DNA from: Stylophora pistillata
Taxonomy: Eukaryota
DNA: 64,000 bases
Direction: 5' to 3'
Assembly: GCF_002571385.2 (NCBI RefSeq)
Contig: NW_019218025.1
Location: 212,353-276,352, forward strand
Part shown: one piece after another, positions 1 to 13,100 of the stretch
Layout: each line of letters begins with the position of its first letter
Position numbering within the stretch: the first letter of the stretch is position 1
Translations under genes and position numbers: made by a program
The notes under the pieces: generated by a model
What the model saw: only the letters and a program-made list of their open reading frames with translations
Told to the model about the DNA's origin: nothing
Database searches by the model: none

Positions 1-292
1 AGCTAATCCTAGTTTTGGTAACCCTTTGGTATAACACTGGAATCATGTGTAGTCATCAGTCCATGGTTATAGAACACTGGAAGAGCTAATCCTAGTTTTG
101 GTAACCCTTGGGTATAACACTGGAATTATGTGTAGTCATCAGTCCATGGTGATAGTACACTGGAAGAGCTAATCGTAGCTTTGGTAACCCTTGGGTATAA
201 CACTGGAATCATGTGTAGTCATCAGTCCATGGTTATAGAACACTGGAAGAGCTAATCGTAGTTTTGGTAACCCTTGGGTATAACACTGGAAT
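1..292. repeat. 83-bp tandem repeat, about 3.5 copies, in a TTI2 intron
   Basis: AGCTAATC recurs at 1, 84, 167 and 250 with near-identical units. Confidence 0.95.
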
Positions 293-372
293 TCGTCTGC
301 CACCCACATTTCTAGTAAAGCACATTTGAACACAGCTAAGAGATTCATCCCATTTATATTCCAAAAACTGAC

Positions 373-3300
373 CTTTCTCATGGCAATTTTACTTTCAAAC
401 TCCATGGAAGAGAGGATAATTTGAAACAATCTGTCACATTTGGTTGTCTATAAAAAAAAAATGAAAAAGGAGGGAATCAATAATGCACACCAAAATAAGA
501 TCAGCCTGTTAATCTGACACCAATCTCCAAGAAAGATGCTCTCAGCAGTACATATGGCTTATGTCCCTTTTGTTCAGGGTACACAATCCTGCAACCTACA
601 TAGGTCTACTACTTTGATCTTTAACTTATATTTTCTTTTAATTCTTGAGTCCTTGAGAAAAAAAATTTAAGTCATCAGCAAGTGATTTTCTGAAAATATA
701 ACATGCTCCTATTCACAAACAGGAGATGTCAAGACAGATTGCCACCCTCTTGATAAACATTATTAACAGGAAAGTTTAAATGGTTTGAACCTGAGAGTAA
801 CAATTTAGTGTCTGTGACCAGCTGGCTGACAGTTGTCTAGAGAAGGACTGTTGTTGGTAAATTATTAGGTGGCATCTCCTAAGTGGAAGCCATCATTACA
901 GTTAAGTGAAGGGTCAGTTATCTGTTAAGTGAAGGGTCAGTTATCTGTTAAGGGAAGGGTCAGTTATCTGTTAAGGGAAGGGTCAGTTATCTGTTAAGTG
1001 AAGGGTCAGTTATCTGTTAAGTGAAGGGTCAGTTATCTGTTAAGGGAAGGGTTGATTGACTCTCTGTTGAGTGCTATAAGTCTGGTGCATGAGAACAGAT
1101 CAGTTAGTTCTCTCTCCATAATGTTATTTGCCATGAGACTCGGTAAAGGAATGCATTTCAGATCAACTACACACCAACCGCAATCATTTTCAGAACCTTC
1201 CCTCACCTTAGACAATAATTCATAACAAAAGTAGCAAGAAAATGTGAACATCACCTTGCGACCAAACTTGGGTTTCTTTGGAGACGGTTCAACAACCGTC
1301 AGGATACTTAGCAGGCATGGATGAAGAGAACGCACCAGGAAGGGGTCACTGGTATAAATGTGACGTTGAGATGCCTACAGGTAATTAGCTCATAAATTTC
1401 ATATATAAACAATGGCCTCTATTTGGGCAAAAATAATTATGCATGGACATTGGTCTGTGGACATTATCTGATCCAAGATGTGAACAAATTTCTAAGTGCA
1501 AAGCTCTAGGAAAACTGTGAGTTTCCAGGAACAGATAATGTCCAAGGAAAAATATACAGCATTATTTTGCACAAGATAAAGGCTATTTAATAGTGTTTTA
1601 TCATGCTTCAAATAATTTTGCAATGCCTAAGAAAAATTTTTTATGAACAGCTTACTGTTTTCTGCATGAGATGTTTTATTTTGGGTGCTCTCTGGTACAA
1701 ATTTATGAACAAACAAATATTCCCTTCTTCTGTTACAATGGTTCCAATAAGACACTCTCTTGTCTTGAAATTAATTTTAAAAGAAGACTTATCTCAGTGG
1801 ACATAAGGTTTGAAAATTGGGGAATATCAATCGACTGATATATATCCTCCCCAGTTTAAGCTAGAGAGTATTTGGTCATTTGATGCATTTCAACCAGTTG
1901 CAAGCAAAAATAATTGATGGATCATAATACTCAATAGTGTTGGTACCCTTTACCTCACAAGTTCATTCAGCCCTAAAAAAAACATCAAAAGGTGTTCTTC
2001 AGTATATTTTTGCTGCTCAAGCGATTTTTGTAAATATTGTCCTCAAGACTCATCATAGAATTAAGACCTGAGTCCTCTTCCAATTTCCACCATAAAACAA
2101 AGAACTAAATTTATTGAGCTGGATTTAGGAGTTTGAGGAATTACCTCAAAAAGAACATCAGCTCTTCCATACCACTGCAATTCAGCTGAATTCTAAAATG
2201 AAAAAGAATAAGAAATACTTAGAGCATACCAGAATGTTTGACAGAGAAGCTTATACATTTGCATAATATTCGTACATACAAGGTATTAAAACATTTATAA
2301 ACTATTTTACAAGTGAAAACAAACTGCTTCACATACCATGTTATCAATGATGTGTTTTAAACACTTAAACCCCAGTGTTTTGTTCTCAGTCTGTTTAATA
2401 GTGGAAGAATAAACACTTTAGTCACATGAACACTCTATTAGCCTAAATTTTAAACCCAATGTTTGCTGGCTTTTTCAAAATGTTACTAAAAAAGATCCAC
2501 AACAAGCATTAAAATATCCACCATGGACACTTCTGAATCAGTAACCTAATTTTGACAGAAATATCACAGATAAATAAGAAAAATAATCTATGCCATTGGA
2601 ATCTGGTTCGATCAAAGCTTGGAGAATTTCACCATAAATGTTGTACCTCATAATCATCAATGAGAAGTAACAAAGGAGACATCAGCTTGGCAAAGTGTTC
2701 TCCCACATAAGGATGCTAAAGACAACAAAGAGTGTACAGGTTACAAAAAAAAAATGCTTAATGCTGTGCCTCACCCACTGGGCTCTCAAGAGTGATTACT
2801 GAAAAAATTATCTCAATTCTTTTCGTACATTGCAATCAAATAGGTGACATGACATGAGAAAATTTAAACTTCAGAATATTGTTTAGATGAAGTCCCAAAC
2901 TCTCATCATTACCAGCAAAGAAATGTATGGTGATTGGTTAAAAGAATTTGCTTCTAGAACATCAGAGTTACAGGGTTTAATCCTCTGCATTCTAACTGAC
3001 AAAATGTTAATATTACTTAATGTCCATTGACTCCTAAATCAATTTATTTCATTCTGGTCTCAATTGTTTGCTTCCTTCTCTTAACCTTATGTTTGTCAAA
3101 TAGAATTACAGATATACTGTGAAAAAAATGGTTAATATACCCCTTAAATTTGCAAAAGTTTCAACTGATGCTTAGAATATTGTTCTTATCAATTCCAATA
3201 ACTTTCACTGATGATTTTTGTAAGGATGCATAAAACCCAGAAATGATCAACTCAGTCCTTGTACTGGCAGGGCTTAGATATATACAAATGAATAAAGGCT

Positions 3301-6193
3301 GATAGTTTCTAAAGAAACTGTTTGGGGCTTCATCGGTGGGGGTAACGAAATAATTTGAAGATATCAACAAAGTTGAAATGGTAAATTGGCCACCGTTATG
3401 ATTATAAAAGCTGACGTTTCAAGCGTTAGTCCTTCGTCGGAGCAAAGCGTTAGCCCTTCCCCTATTCACTCTGATGAAGGGATAACGCTCGAAACGTCAG
3501 CTTTTATAATCGTAACAGTGGCCAATTTACCATAATTTCAACTTTGTTGATATATTCAAATTATTAGATATATACACCCTACTTTCAAAGAGCTGATATA
3601 CATACAGCTATCAGCTACACTCTTATAACAGTTTATTAATGAGTTACAAAGTCTCTCTATATAAATATCTTAATCAAAGAGGACATGATTAACAAATAGA
3701 CAGTGGTTCAGTGTGCTTCATACTCTTATCTACAACAACATTCATCATCACAGTCAGTGTGGTCAGAATATTGTGGACTCAAAAGGCGCCGCAACAAATT
3801 TGGACCACTGTGATAATGAATATTATTGTCGATAAGAATACAGAACATGCTAAACCACTCTTGATTTGTTTTCATGTTAAATAAAACCATTCTTTTAGTT
3901 TATGACACATTGCATGACATGATGACATGAGTGGCATTGTCTGTATTCTTATTGACAACAGTTTATTGGCCAATCAGACCAGGACGTGACTACCAATTAA
4001 GGTACAAAATAATATTTATCACCATTAAATTGATATCAGCAAAATGTAGACAGAATGAGGTATTACTTTTCCTCTATCAGCAGTTTACCTTAGTTTGTAG
4101 GGTGCACCACACAAGCCCTTGGCAAGCAAGAGGAAATTTCTTCCAGTTATCTTTAAGGAAGTGAGGTGTCAAGTAATCAAGGATATGTCTGAACAGCCCT
4201 GATGGGAACAAACTGTTGGGTGACGGATTCTCCTCTACTCTATTGGATACACCAGGTACAACCTCAAGACAGCCACAGAGAAGATCTTGTATGGATGAAC
4301 AGTGGCAGTTGGTGCACATCATGGAAACCAGCTCTGAAACAAAATGGCTAATTACAATTTTGGATTGAGACATTTTGAGTAGAGCTCTCAAAGGTCAAAG
4401 GTTTCAACAATTTCTTTTTTAATAGGTAAAAATTAAGATATTTCTAATGAGCAAAGAATTTTTTTCAATTAATTAAAATGAGGAAGTTAGCAGAACGATG
4501 ATCATTATAATATATATTCTAAGAAAGCCATAACACAGTAACTCAAAATGCTGACACAAAAATGAAGTTACTGAACAAAACGTTAAGTATCTGTGTTTCA
4601 TTTTATTTTCTTAGGTAAAAGTTTTGAGGAATTACAGATATGTCTTATGAAATTAGCATGTAAAAATCCAGGAAACAGGATATTCTAAACAGATCGTGAG
4701 ACAGTGTAAACATACCATGAGCAAGGGCTTCTGATGCTGCACTTGTCCAGAGATGTGACTCCATGTGTACAGCACATAAAGCCACCAGGCAGACACAAGT
4801 CTTTTTCAAAACAAACCTCTTAAACACCTGCAATGTCATAATAAAAATATCATACATTCATGACCTGGTTTTTCTATGAACTTTGAGTAGTTTGTGTGTG
4901 TTTATGCTTAAATAACCACTGAGATGTTCAGCACAAACATAACGATATTTAATCAACATGCAAGACGATACCCGACTACAGAATAACTCCTTTTCTTTTA
5001 GACCATGTGTGCATTCCGAACATTGTGTTTGACAGCTGTCAGAAACACTACAGTTTGATTTCTTTTCCTTTCAGTTCCCAGTAAAATACCATAGGTCTAA
5101 AACAAAATATGTCACATATCAAACCAGCTGGAAATCTTAACCTGAAATAATTTTATATTGATACATTCATATAACTGCTAAAAAAATTGTATGACTATTT
5201 ATTAGTTATTAATGACTCAATATTAAATAGAAGTTGACAACTCACAGCATCCACTGTGAGCTCTGTCCCCACTGGCACTTGGTTATCCTTGTTTAACAGT
5301 GTAGACAACAACAATTGGCAAATATTCAAAACAGCAGAGGCCTGGGTCTTGTGTTTCTGCATCTCTTCTTTGTCCCAGTCTGAACGAAAGAAGTCAGTGT
5401 CAAATAGATGTTGCTCAGGTGCCAATTTGGTGATTGTTCAAACTCTTTTGACTTTCAAATAAGAAACTTACTGAATAAAGTTCACCTGATAATCTGACTA
5501 ATACTCTAGCAATAAACTAAGCAAGAAAATTGACCAAGAAATTCAAGGGTACAAGTATTTTTCGGAATAACTTTGTTAATAAGTGATACCTGCCAGCAGA
5601 TTTCAATTCCAAAGAGGCTGCGGTCCCAGACCTTTCTTTACTCTAAGAATATCACACTATTTTTCGTAGTTGTGACAATCTTACCCCCCTCATCTGCGAT
5701 AGTTGGTTCTGCGCATTGAACCAAATTCTCGATAATTGCAGCAATTTCCTCTCTGTCATGAGATTTTTCATCCTGATTTTCACACGACTTCGAATATCCC
5801 TGGCTATCCAACCAGTCATTGTACCGTCTTTCCAGAAGCAACTCCAAGTTACCCTGAAAAAAAAAAAACCTGAATTTTGACTGGTTCAATCCTCGCATAA
5901 CTGCACCCCCTGGTAAACATCAGTAAATGAAAAAAATTAACAAAATCTCAATGATAAATCTGATATTTAAGTCGCTGTACCGCACACATCGACGTAAAGG
6001 CTCTCCGTCTGGTGCGTTGTTTTCAAACAATTATTCATAATTGAAAAACTGATGAATCATTAATTCATAATATTTAAATTCCAATCAAAATTATGACCTC
6101 TACCTTCTTCAGCAGTCTTCTAACTTCTATAAATGCGTTTTCTGGCAAAAATGTTTGCAAGGTTTGAGAAACCTGTAGCATTTCGTCCGCCAT
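373..6193 (-). CDS. TTI2: TELO2-interacting protein 2 (TTT complex), 3' end beyond window
   Basis: Phase-consistent GT-AG exons: 6104-6193 (MADEMLQ...), 5685-5853, 5246-5379, 4716-4827, 4089-4333, 2647-2715, 2337-2390, 2145-2192, 1255-1374, 373-447. The peptide ...LLLIDDYETENKTLGFKCLKHIIDN...TTKCDRLFQIILSSMEFE resembles vertebrate TTI2 (SDDYQTENKILGVHCLHHIV; TTHCDEVLRLILTHMEPE). Confidence 0.9.
901..1051. repeat. 23-bp minisatellite, about 6.5 copies
   Basis: Unit GTTAAG(T/G)GAAGGGTCAGTTATCT repeated in tandem. Confidence 0.95.
3287..3563. mobile_element. Penelope-like terminal repeat fragments in inverted arrangement, each with a minimal hammerhead motif
   Basis: Matches the 3' end of the Penelope element at 50560-50730. 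The two halves are in opposite orientation. 13-bp TSD TTAGATATATACA at 3274-3286 and 3564-3576. Confidence 0.85.
3468..3501 (+). ncRNA. Minimal type I hammerhead ribozyme motif
   Basis: CT-CTGATGA-A-GGGA-TAAC-GCTC-GAAA-CG-TC-AG: intact CUGANGA and GAAA boxes, palindromic ACGT helix III, predicted cleavage after 3498. Helices I and II are weak in this copy. Confidence 0.65.
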
Positions 6194-6474
6194 GTTATTT
6201 ATTGTAAGGCTCGGTTGCCAAGCAGTTTGTTTTCCCTGTGTAGAGAGAGGAAGGGATCGAAGAGAACATACTGAAAATTAATGCAAAATTTTCACGGGCA
6301 AATCGCAAATGAAAAAGCTGACAAGAAAAAATCAAAATTCTATTAACTGCAACAAATCTGAAGTAAATAAAATGCATGAGAGCATCAAATATGTTCTTTC
6401 AATAAATTTCTGTTTCTTGAGTCCTCAACCCTGCCCCCCCTCCATCTCAAATTGTCATTCGACCAAACGGCAAT

Positions 6475-8546
6475 ATGGCGGTGACTTTGGTGAAACTGGC
6501 TGGAAAGTTAACCATTGGCGGATTTGCATTGTATGGATTGTCAGAAGTGTTAAGTTCACAAGACAACACAATAAAACAGCTATCGATGCTTGACAGTAAA
6601 ACTCGTGAAAATATTCCCGTTACTTTACCTGAGGTAAGTCCCCGAAACAAATGATTATTATCGCCACGATTATATTTGTACAACATGCACTCAGCACTGA
6701 TACAAAATTTTTATATCAGCGAGGGCATGTTGTAAGCAAACGTAGTGCTGAAAACGTTGATTGATCTCTTTCCCCTGTATCCCCTTTTATTTTATTCCAT
6801 TTTTTCGAATTATATCCAATTTTTCTCTTTTTGTATCTTTATTTCTTCCCTTGCAGTAGAGTGCTCGATGCGTTGGCAGATCGAGCGTGTTATAATCTGA
6901 AGATAGAACTAATCCACAAGACATAACTTTTTCTTTAACACTGAGTTTCACGCTTACGTGATCCTTAGACAGATTTTAATTAAAGAGATTAAAATGTCTG
7001 AAACTCAGAATTAGAGAAAAAGTTATGTCTTATTGATTAGTTCAATCTTCAGATATTACGTATATTTCTACAAATCTTGGCTATAATCTATCCTTGCAGT
7101 AGAGTGCTCAATGCGTTCACAGAGCGTGGTATACCTGAAGATAGAACTAATCAACAGGACGTAACTTTTTCGGTGACTCTTGAGTTTCACGCGATTATCA
7201 GACAGATTTTAATGAAGAGTATACCTCACTTAATAAGTATATACAGTCAGTGTGATGGGCAATTAACGAATCTATTGAAATCATGGAACAGTGTTCATTA
7301 GGGAGTATTTGTACTGATGGCAGCATTTGGAAATTAATTCAGTTCTTTTGTTGAGGTTACTTGCTTTGTCGGTGTAGTGTCTAAAAATGAAGAAGTATGC
7401 CACAAAAGGCAGCCACGAAGGCGAACAACAACAGTACACACAGTACACGTTTCTTTAATAATCTTCCCGCGCTCACACTTTCCCGGATGTATACTTTTAC
7501 ATAAACAACCGCTGTCCTAGTATACTACAGTCGGCTTCAATAATGTGGAATTTTTCAGTCAGGCAAAGGCTGCATCATTTGGAAATGTTGTTGTAGATGC
7601 TTGCTGAAGAGATGATAGACCATCTTATCTTGTAGTTTTCCTTGTTTTCATTGAGTTTTCAGATGCATTTTGCTAACCACACCAAACTAGCAATCATTCA
7701 AATACAGCCCAGGTACCCTCTGCCTAAGAATATTCAAAATACATTAGCTCTTTGGATTCCTTTAAAAAGCAAATTAAGAGTTTTGCTTTTTATAAGTTTT
7801 TAGAGAGAGAGTTGTCATTACCATGCAAATCTTTTATTATATGTTTTAATTTGTCATTAGATTTTACACATATTTAACATTACCCTTTATTCACAAAATT
7901 CTTAATAGTACTTAAACTGCATTTTGTTTTTTTAAACACATCTCATTGTTAGTAATGGCATGTTTCTGAAAAACCATTAGTGGACATAACCAATAAATTT
8001 ATGGTTAGTGTTAAGAGCAAATTACCTTAGTGAGTGTGCATTATACAAGCATGGAATTAGATCTAGTGGTGAAGAATGCTAAGTACTCAAATACAAAACT
8101 ATTAAAAAAAGTGTTATGCATCGAAAGTTTGTATGTTTAAATTGGAAAAGTCATTCTAGGGTAGACAGACTGGGTCTGCTGTTGAAAACCACAACATTTT
8201 CATGTGCAATCATTTTTCTCTAAACCAGTGTATAAAAACCATTTCCTGAATGTTGTGACAATTGCATTTTTCCCACTGTAAAGCCACGTGAAATTAACAA
8301 ATTATCTAGCTGCAGTGGTTTACAGGTTTATTTTAGGATTCATCTTTTAATTCATCTTAAATAAAGATAACCTGTGGATATTTGCTATGTTTACAGCTTC
8401 CAACTACCACAAAAGTAAGACATTCTTGGAATACAGGAGTGCAGAGAGTTTTTGGGGGACTGGAGCAAGCACCAGAGGCAGCATGGGTGTTGGGCAAAAA
8501 GGGAATTTCTAGTGCAAAAGATTTCATTAACAAACGAATGAAATAA
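6475..8546 (+). CDS. MICOS13: MICOS complex subunit MIC13/QIL1 (102 aa, 2 exons)
   Basis: Exons 6475-6633 (MAVTLVKLAGKLTIGGFALYGL...PE|gtaagt) and 8397-8546 (ttacag|LPTTTKVRHSWNTGVQRVFGGLEQAP...*). Has the GxxxG transmembrane segment and RxSWNxG motif of MIC13. Confidence 0.85.
6849..7218. repeat. Palindromic MITE-like element with a partial tandem duplication
   Basis: About 6892-6935 is inverted at about 7017-7058. The segment starting CCTTGCAGTAGAGTGCTC at 6849 recurs at 7092. Confidence 0.6.
7533..7672 (-). mobile_element. Degenerate Penelope-like GIY-YIG C-terminal fragment in the MICOS13 intron
   Basis: Translates as KCI*KLNENKENYKIRWSIISSASIYNNISK*CSLCLTEKFHII, resembling the PLE endonuclease tail (IWxLK...W.I...CxLCLxEK), with two stops. 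Confidence 0.65.
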
Positions 8547-9564
8547 GGGTTGAATATCTGCTCTTTGTTGTCACAAGTTATGATGCTCACAAGAAATGAA
8601 GCATAGTGGTCAACCCAAAAGACCTTGGAGATGTTGACTTGACGTTTTCTATGTCCAACTAAAACTACAAAATTCTTTCACTTTAATTGATTTATTTAAT
8701 TAAAGTTTGTGTAGTATGTCCCATGCAAACTTCTGTAGTAGCTTGTGTAAACTGTCTTGTTGTGTGATTCTCCTTTGACCGAAGGTGAGGTTTGATTCTT
8801 TCACTATTAAAAGACTCAAGTGCAGTGTACTCCACATTATTGTTAAGTTTAATGGAGAATATCTGACTGCTATACTTATTATTGAAAGAGTGCATGATAA
8901 GCAATTTTCCTGTCTTCCAGTTTTTGTTTGTATTTCAAACACTTCTGTACAGACATTTTTAACCTTGGGTCGACAACCTGATCTGATGGGAAATGCTGCT
9001 GGGTTTGGGATGATGAACCTCACCCACTGAATACCGCACCTTCAAAATCCCTCCTGACCATCTGAATTGGATATATGTTTATCCTTTCTGAAGAGATGGC
9101 GATGAAGCAGATTTTTGAACAAACACTGATTTTAATTACGTTTTAAGTTTGTCAAACTACAAAGGAAAGAAAATATATACATTACAATATTTTACAGATA
9201 CAACTAACTACAGGAATTACAAAAGTTACAAGAAAATCACTAAAACTACTTACAATTCTGGTTGCCTTCTCTTCTGACTTTTTGAAGCGAGGCACGTATC
9301 TACTTTTAAGAAGTCCCAACTTTTACGTCAGAAGATGTAAAATATGTGCATTATGCAAAACACCATACCCCCTTACTATTCCCCCACCTTACACCATCAT
9401 CTCCTACCAGTTTTCTTTTAAAATCTTAATTGTCAAAGCTATGAAATAAATTTTCGGTTGCTTGATTTGATTTATATTATGCACAACATATTTCCACCTG
9501 TTCAGCTTGCAAGGCATGTTGTAGCACTTTTGATTCATCGTTAAATTGAAAATATTTTAATGTG

Positions 9565-9680
9565 AAAGTGTAGTGTGATCATCTGGGTGAGTGTGGTCCT
9601 GAGAGGGACTGTTGGTGGTGTTGGTGACTGATGTTTTGACAACCTGTGCAGAAATCATCATCAGAGTCAAGTGAATAGTT
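9565..9680 (-). mobile_element. Short dispersed repeat (family B) with a degenerate hammerhead
   Basis: Reverse complement reads GACT-CTGATGA-TGAT...GTC-AAAA-CATC-AGTC. Homologous to 36050-36165. Confidence 0.6.
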
Positions 9681-10198
9681 CTTGTCAGTAGAATGTTCTT
9701 AGTCCAGTTCATGTAAAATGATTGTTCAGTTTTGCCATGATGCTATTAAAGCCTGGAAAACTGAGGGCTTTAAAAGGATTTGAATCTTTGAACAGGCCAG
9801 TCCTGTGCAATGCTCTGGGTTATACTAACCTCTCATGTTCCTGTTTTAGAGAAGAAATGATTCATGAATTTTGACTGCAGCAATCTTACATATGTGCAGC
9901 ATTTGGGAAACTTTTGAATGACCATACCAAAAATTTTGGCATTCCAGTCATAGAGATTTAGCAGGGTGCACAGGGTTAGGAACAAAGTAGTTAAATAGGA
10001 ATGGGAAGGAGTGACTCTTGGGAACAGGGGTAAGGTCAATGAAAAGAATAAAAAGGAAACTTTGACATTGGAAGAAAGAAAAATGTCATTCTATTCTGAT
10101 TCTTACCTTTGTACAAATCATGTTTAGTTTTAATATAATTATGAACAATATAAACATTTCTGAAACCCCTGGTTTTATTCAGTGTTTCACTGATGAAG

Positions 10199-13100
10199 TT
10201 AATCCCCAGAGGGAGTTGAAGAGTATCCCAGGGGTTTAGATCTACCAACAACTTGAGTGAACCTTGGCCTCTTCTTCAGTTTGTCCTCTGAACTTAGGAA
10301 TTTTTGAGCATCGGGTGACCTTAAATGAAGATATTTGAATGCATTCAACTACAGTCAAAGATTTTTAGGTATTTCCTCGTTTGACAATTACTTATTAACC
10401 CAAAGCTTGTTGCATTAGGAGGAACGACAAACCCTATCTTTTCCTCTGGACTCGCACTAAGGACTGACAAGGTACTGCATTATGTTCTCTTTAGAAATTA
10501 AAGCTAATTACTGAGAATGAGTACTTTCCAACATTACCCTCAAATAGAAAGTTGGATATATTCAATATGTTCAGAGCGAAAAAATAACTTCACTAGCTAA
10601 CACTTGTGGCTTCGGCTGATCACTGTTAGCAATTTCACTGCTAAAAAAAAACCTTCCTTGTAGCTTCCTTGGGATCCTTTATCTCATGCAAACAAAATAA
10701 TTATGATTATATGAAATGTCCACTAAAAGAATTCTCCAATAATATTTATTTTCTCCAGTCATTAAGTCTCTCATAATCCTAGCACAACTTACATCTTGAT
10801 GCGGCTGATGGTGTCTGCCATCTCTTTTGTACTCTTATGACTCTTTCCTAAGGTTGCACTCAGCATATTGTATGCCTAAAAGGTAAACACATTCATTAAA
10901 ATAACACTCAATATCAATTATGAGGGTTTTTATCATGCCATATCCTATAGTCCATGGTGCTTTACAACACTATGTGGGAGACCAGGCTGCATTGAGCAGT
11001 TTACAATTCTTGAAGGACATTTTTGCACATTCCCCTTGTATCAGATTCAAGGCTGGACCACAACAATGGTAACTATATTCCTTACTCTTTGCAATAAGGG
11101 TGTGGGTTCTTTAATGTCCCCCTGCTAACCAGTACAGAGGGAATGCAGGAGACAGGGCCTATGGTTTTTTTGTCCTTATCTGAGAAGACTAGAATGTCTA
11201 ACCAATTGCAGATGTCATGGCAAAGGCAGCACACTCTTCTCGGTTGTTTTTAAGACAACAACTGTTGGTCCAGTCCAGGGCTTGAACCCTCCATCTCCGA
11301 GATGCTCTACAACTTGAGCTAACCAGGCAGATGATGAAGAGTATCATGTCCATGGCTGTAATACCGGAGAATAGTTGACAAAAAGGCAAATAATGATATA
11401 ATTAACTATCCTATCCTTGTGCCATAAAAAGACTTGGTGTTACCTTAGTGAGCCATTTCAGAGCCTGCTGAGTGCGTCCTTGTTTCAGTCTTACACTACC
11501 CATCATCTGGTAGGAAGCAGCAGCCTGCTCACTTGGGTCACCATACACCACTGTCTTAGCTTCTGCCACTGACTTCTGAAGCAACACTGCCTCCTCAAGA
11601 TTTCCATCACGAATTAACAAACGACTGAGCTCATCCTAAATTTAAATAAATATGGAAACTTAAAATGAAAGTCGAAAAATGTTCCAAAAAGAATTTGTTG
11701 CAAAGCATTTTACTTTTGCGCATCAGTTCAAGGACAAGAATAACTGATTACGTATATGAGCACGATCCTTCGCAGTAAAGCACTATTTGAGCAATAGTGA
11801 AAATCAGACCTGAAAAAAATTTTCAGGCCTGTACGGGATTCGAACCACTGACCTCTGCGATACTAGTGCAGCGCTCTACCAATTGAGCTAACAAGCCAAC
11901 TGGGAGCAGGCCATCAAATTAATTCGATATAAACCCGTAGATGATAAATCAAATCCAGTTGGCTTGTTAGCTCAATTGGTAGAGCGCTGCACTAGTATCG
12001 CAGAGGTCAGTGGTTTGAATCCCGTACAGGCCTGAAAATTTTTTTCAGGTCTGATTTTCACTATTGCTCAAATAGTGCTTTACTGCGAAGGATCGTGCTC
12101 ATATACGTCTCATAACCGCAGTTCACACATATGTTTCATATGTTTGTTGTTGTTTGATTTATCATCTACGGGTTTATATCGAATTAATTTGATGGCCTGC
12201 TCCCAGTTGGCTTGTTAGCTCAATTGGTAGAGCGCTGCACTAGTATCGCAGAGGTCAGTGGTTCGAATCCCGTACAGGCCTGAAAATTTTTTTCAGGTCT
12301 GATTTTCACTATTGCTCAAATAGTGCTTTACTGCGAAGGATCGTGCTCATATACGTCTCATAACCGCAGTTCACACATATGTTTCATATGTTTGTTGTTG
12401 TTTGAATTATCATCTACGGGTTTATATCGAATTAATTTGATGGCCTGCTCCCAGTTGGCTTGTTAGCTCAATTGGTAGAGCGCTGCACTAGTATCCCAGA
12501 GGTCAGTGGTTGGAATCCGGTACAGGCCTGAAAATTTTTTTCAGGTCTGATTTTCACTATTGCTCAAATAGTGCTTTACTGCGAAGGATCGTGCTCATAT
12601 ACGTCTCATAACCGCAGTTCACACATATGTTTCATATGTTTGTTGTTGTTTGCAATAACTGATTAATTCAAAGAAATTTAAGGACCTGCCATCTGTGCTG
12701 GCTAAACAAATAAAAACCAGGTTAAGCTGTTGGTTATAATTGTATTGTTGCAATATTCTCACTTCTCTTTCAAGAAAATAAGGATTTTCTTCAAGTGACA
12801 ACTTGATGACAATTGTTACAAAATTATAGTTTTCTTTGTCCTTTCATTGGTAAACAGCCAGTATTACAAGAGCTAAATGACATGAAAAACAATGATGAAG
12901 TTGCTGACCTTGGGATGTTTTAGATCAAAGACAGCATGAAATTTTGGACTTGAAATATACAAGAAAAGACTAGAAAAATAATGCTCATGCAAAACCTAAA
13001 TATAACCAACTAAGTACTACTTAAGCACTGCCAATCTGTCACATGTTCTGGAAAGTCAATGAAGCCCATTACTTCTGGGGTACCGTAAGGAACAGTGCTT

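Noticed and set aside
5380-5684. Apparent in-frame stops suggesting TTI2 is a pseudogene or uses an AT-AC intron
   Set aside because: The canonical GTAAG donor at 5684 and TTCTTTCGTTCAG acceptor at 5380 remove the stops in correct phase.
9008-9066. C/D box snoRNA (ATGATGA...CTGA)
   Set aside because: No convincing terminal stem, not inside a supported plus-strand intron, and no identifiable rRNA guide.
8700-9130. Minus-strand ORF with an in-frame TGA as a possible selenoprotein
   Set aside because: No recognisable homology, supported gene model or SECIS.
11955-12652. CRISPR array or genuine tRNA gene cluster
   Set aside because: Whole units are near-identical with no unique spacers. T stems are mismatched, the anticodon varies between copies, and a TSD encloses the array.
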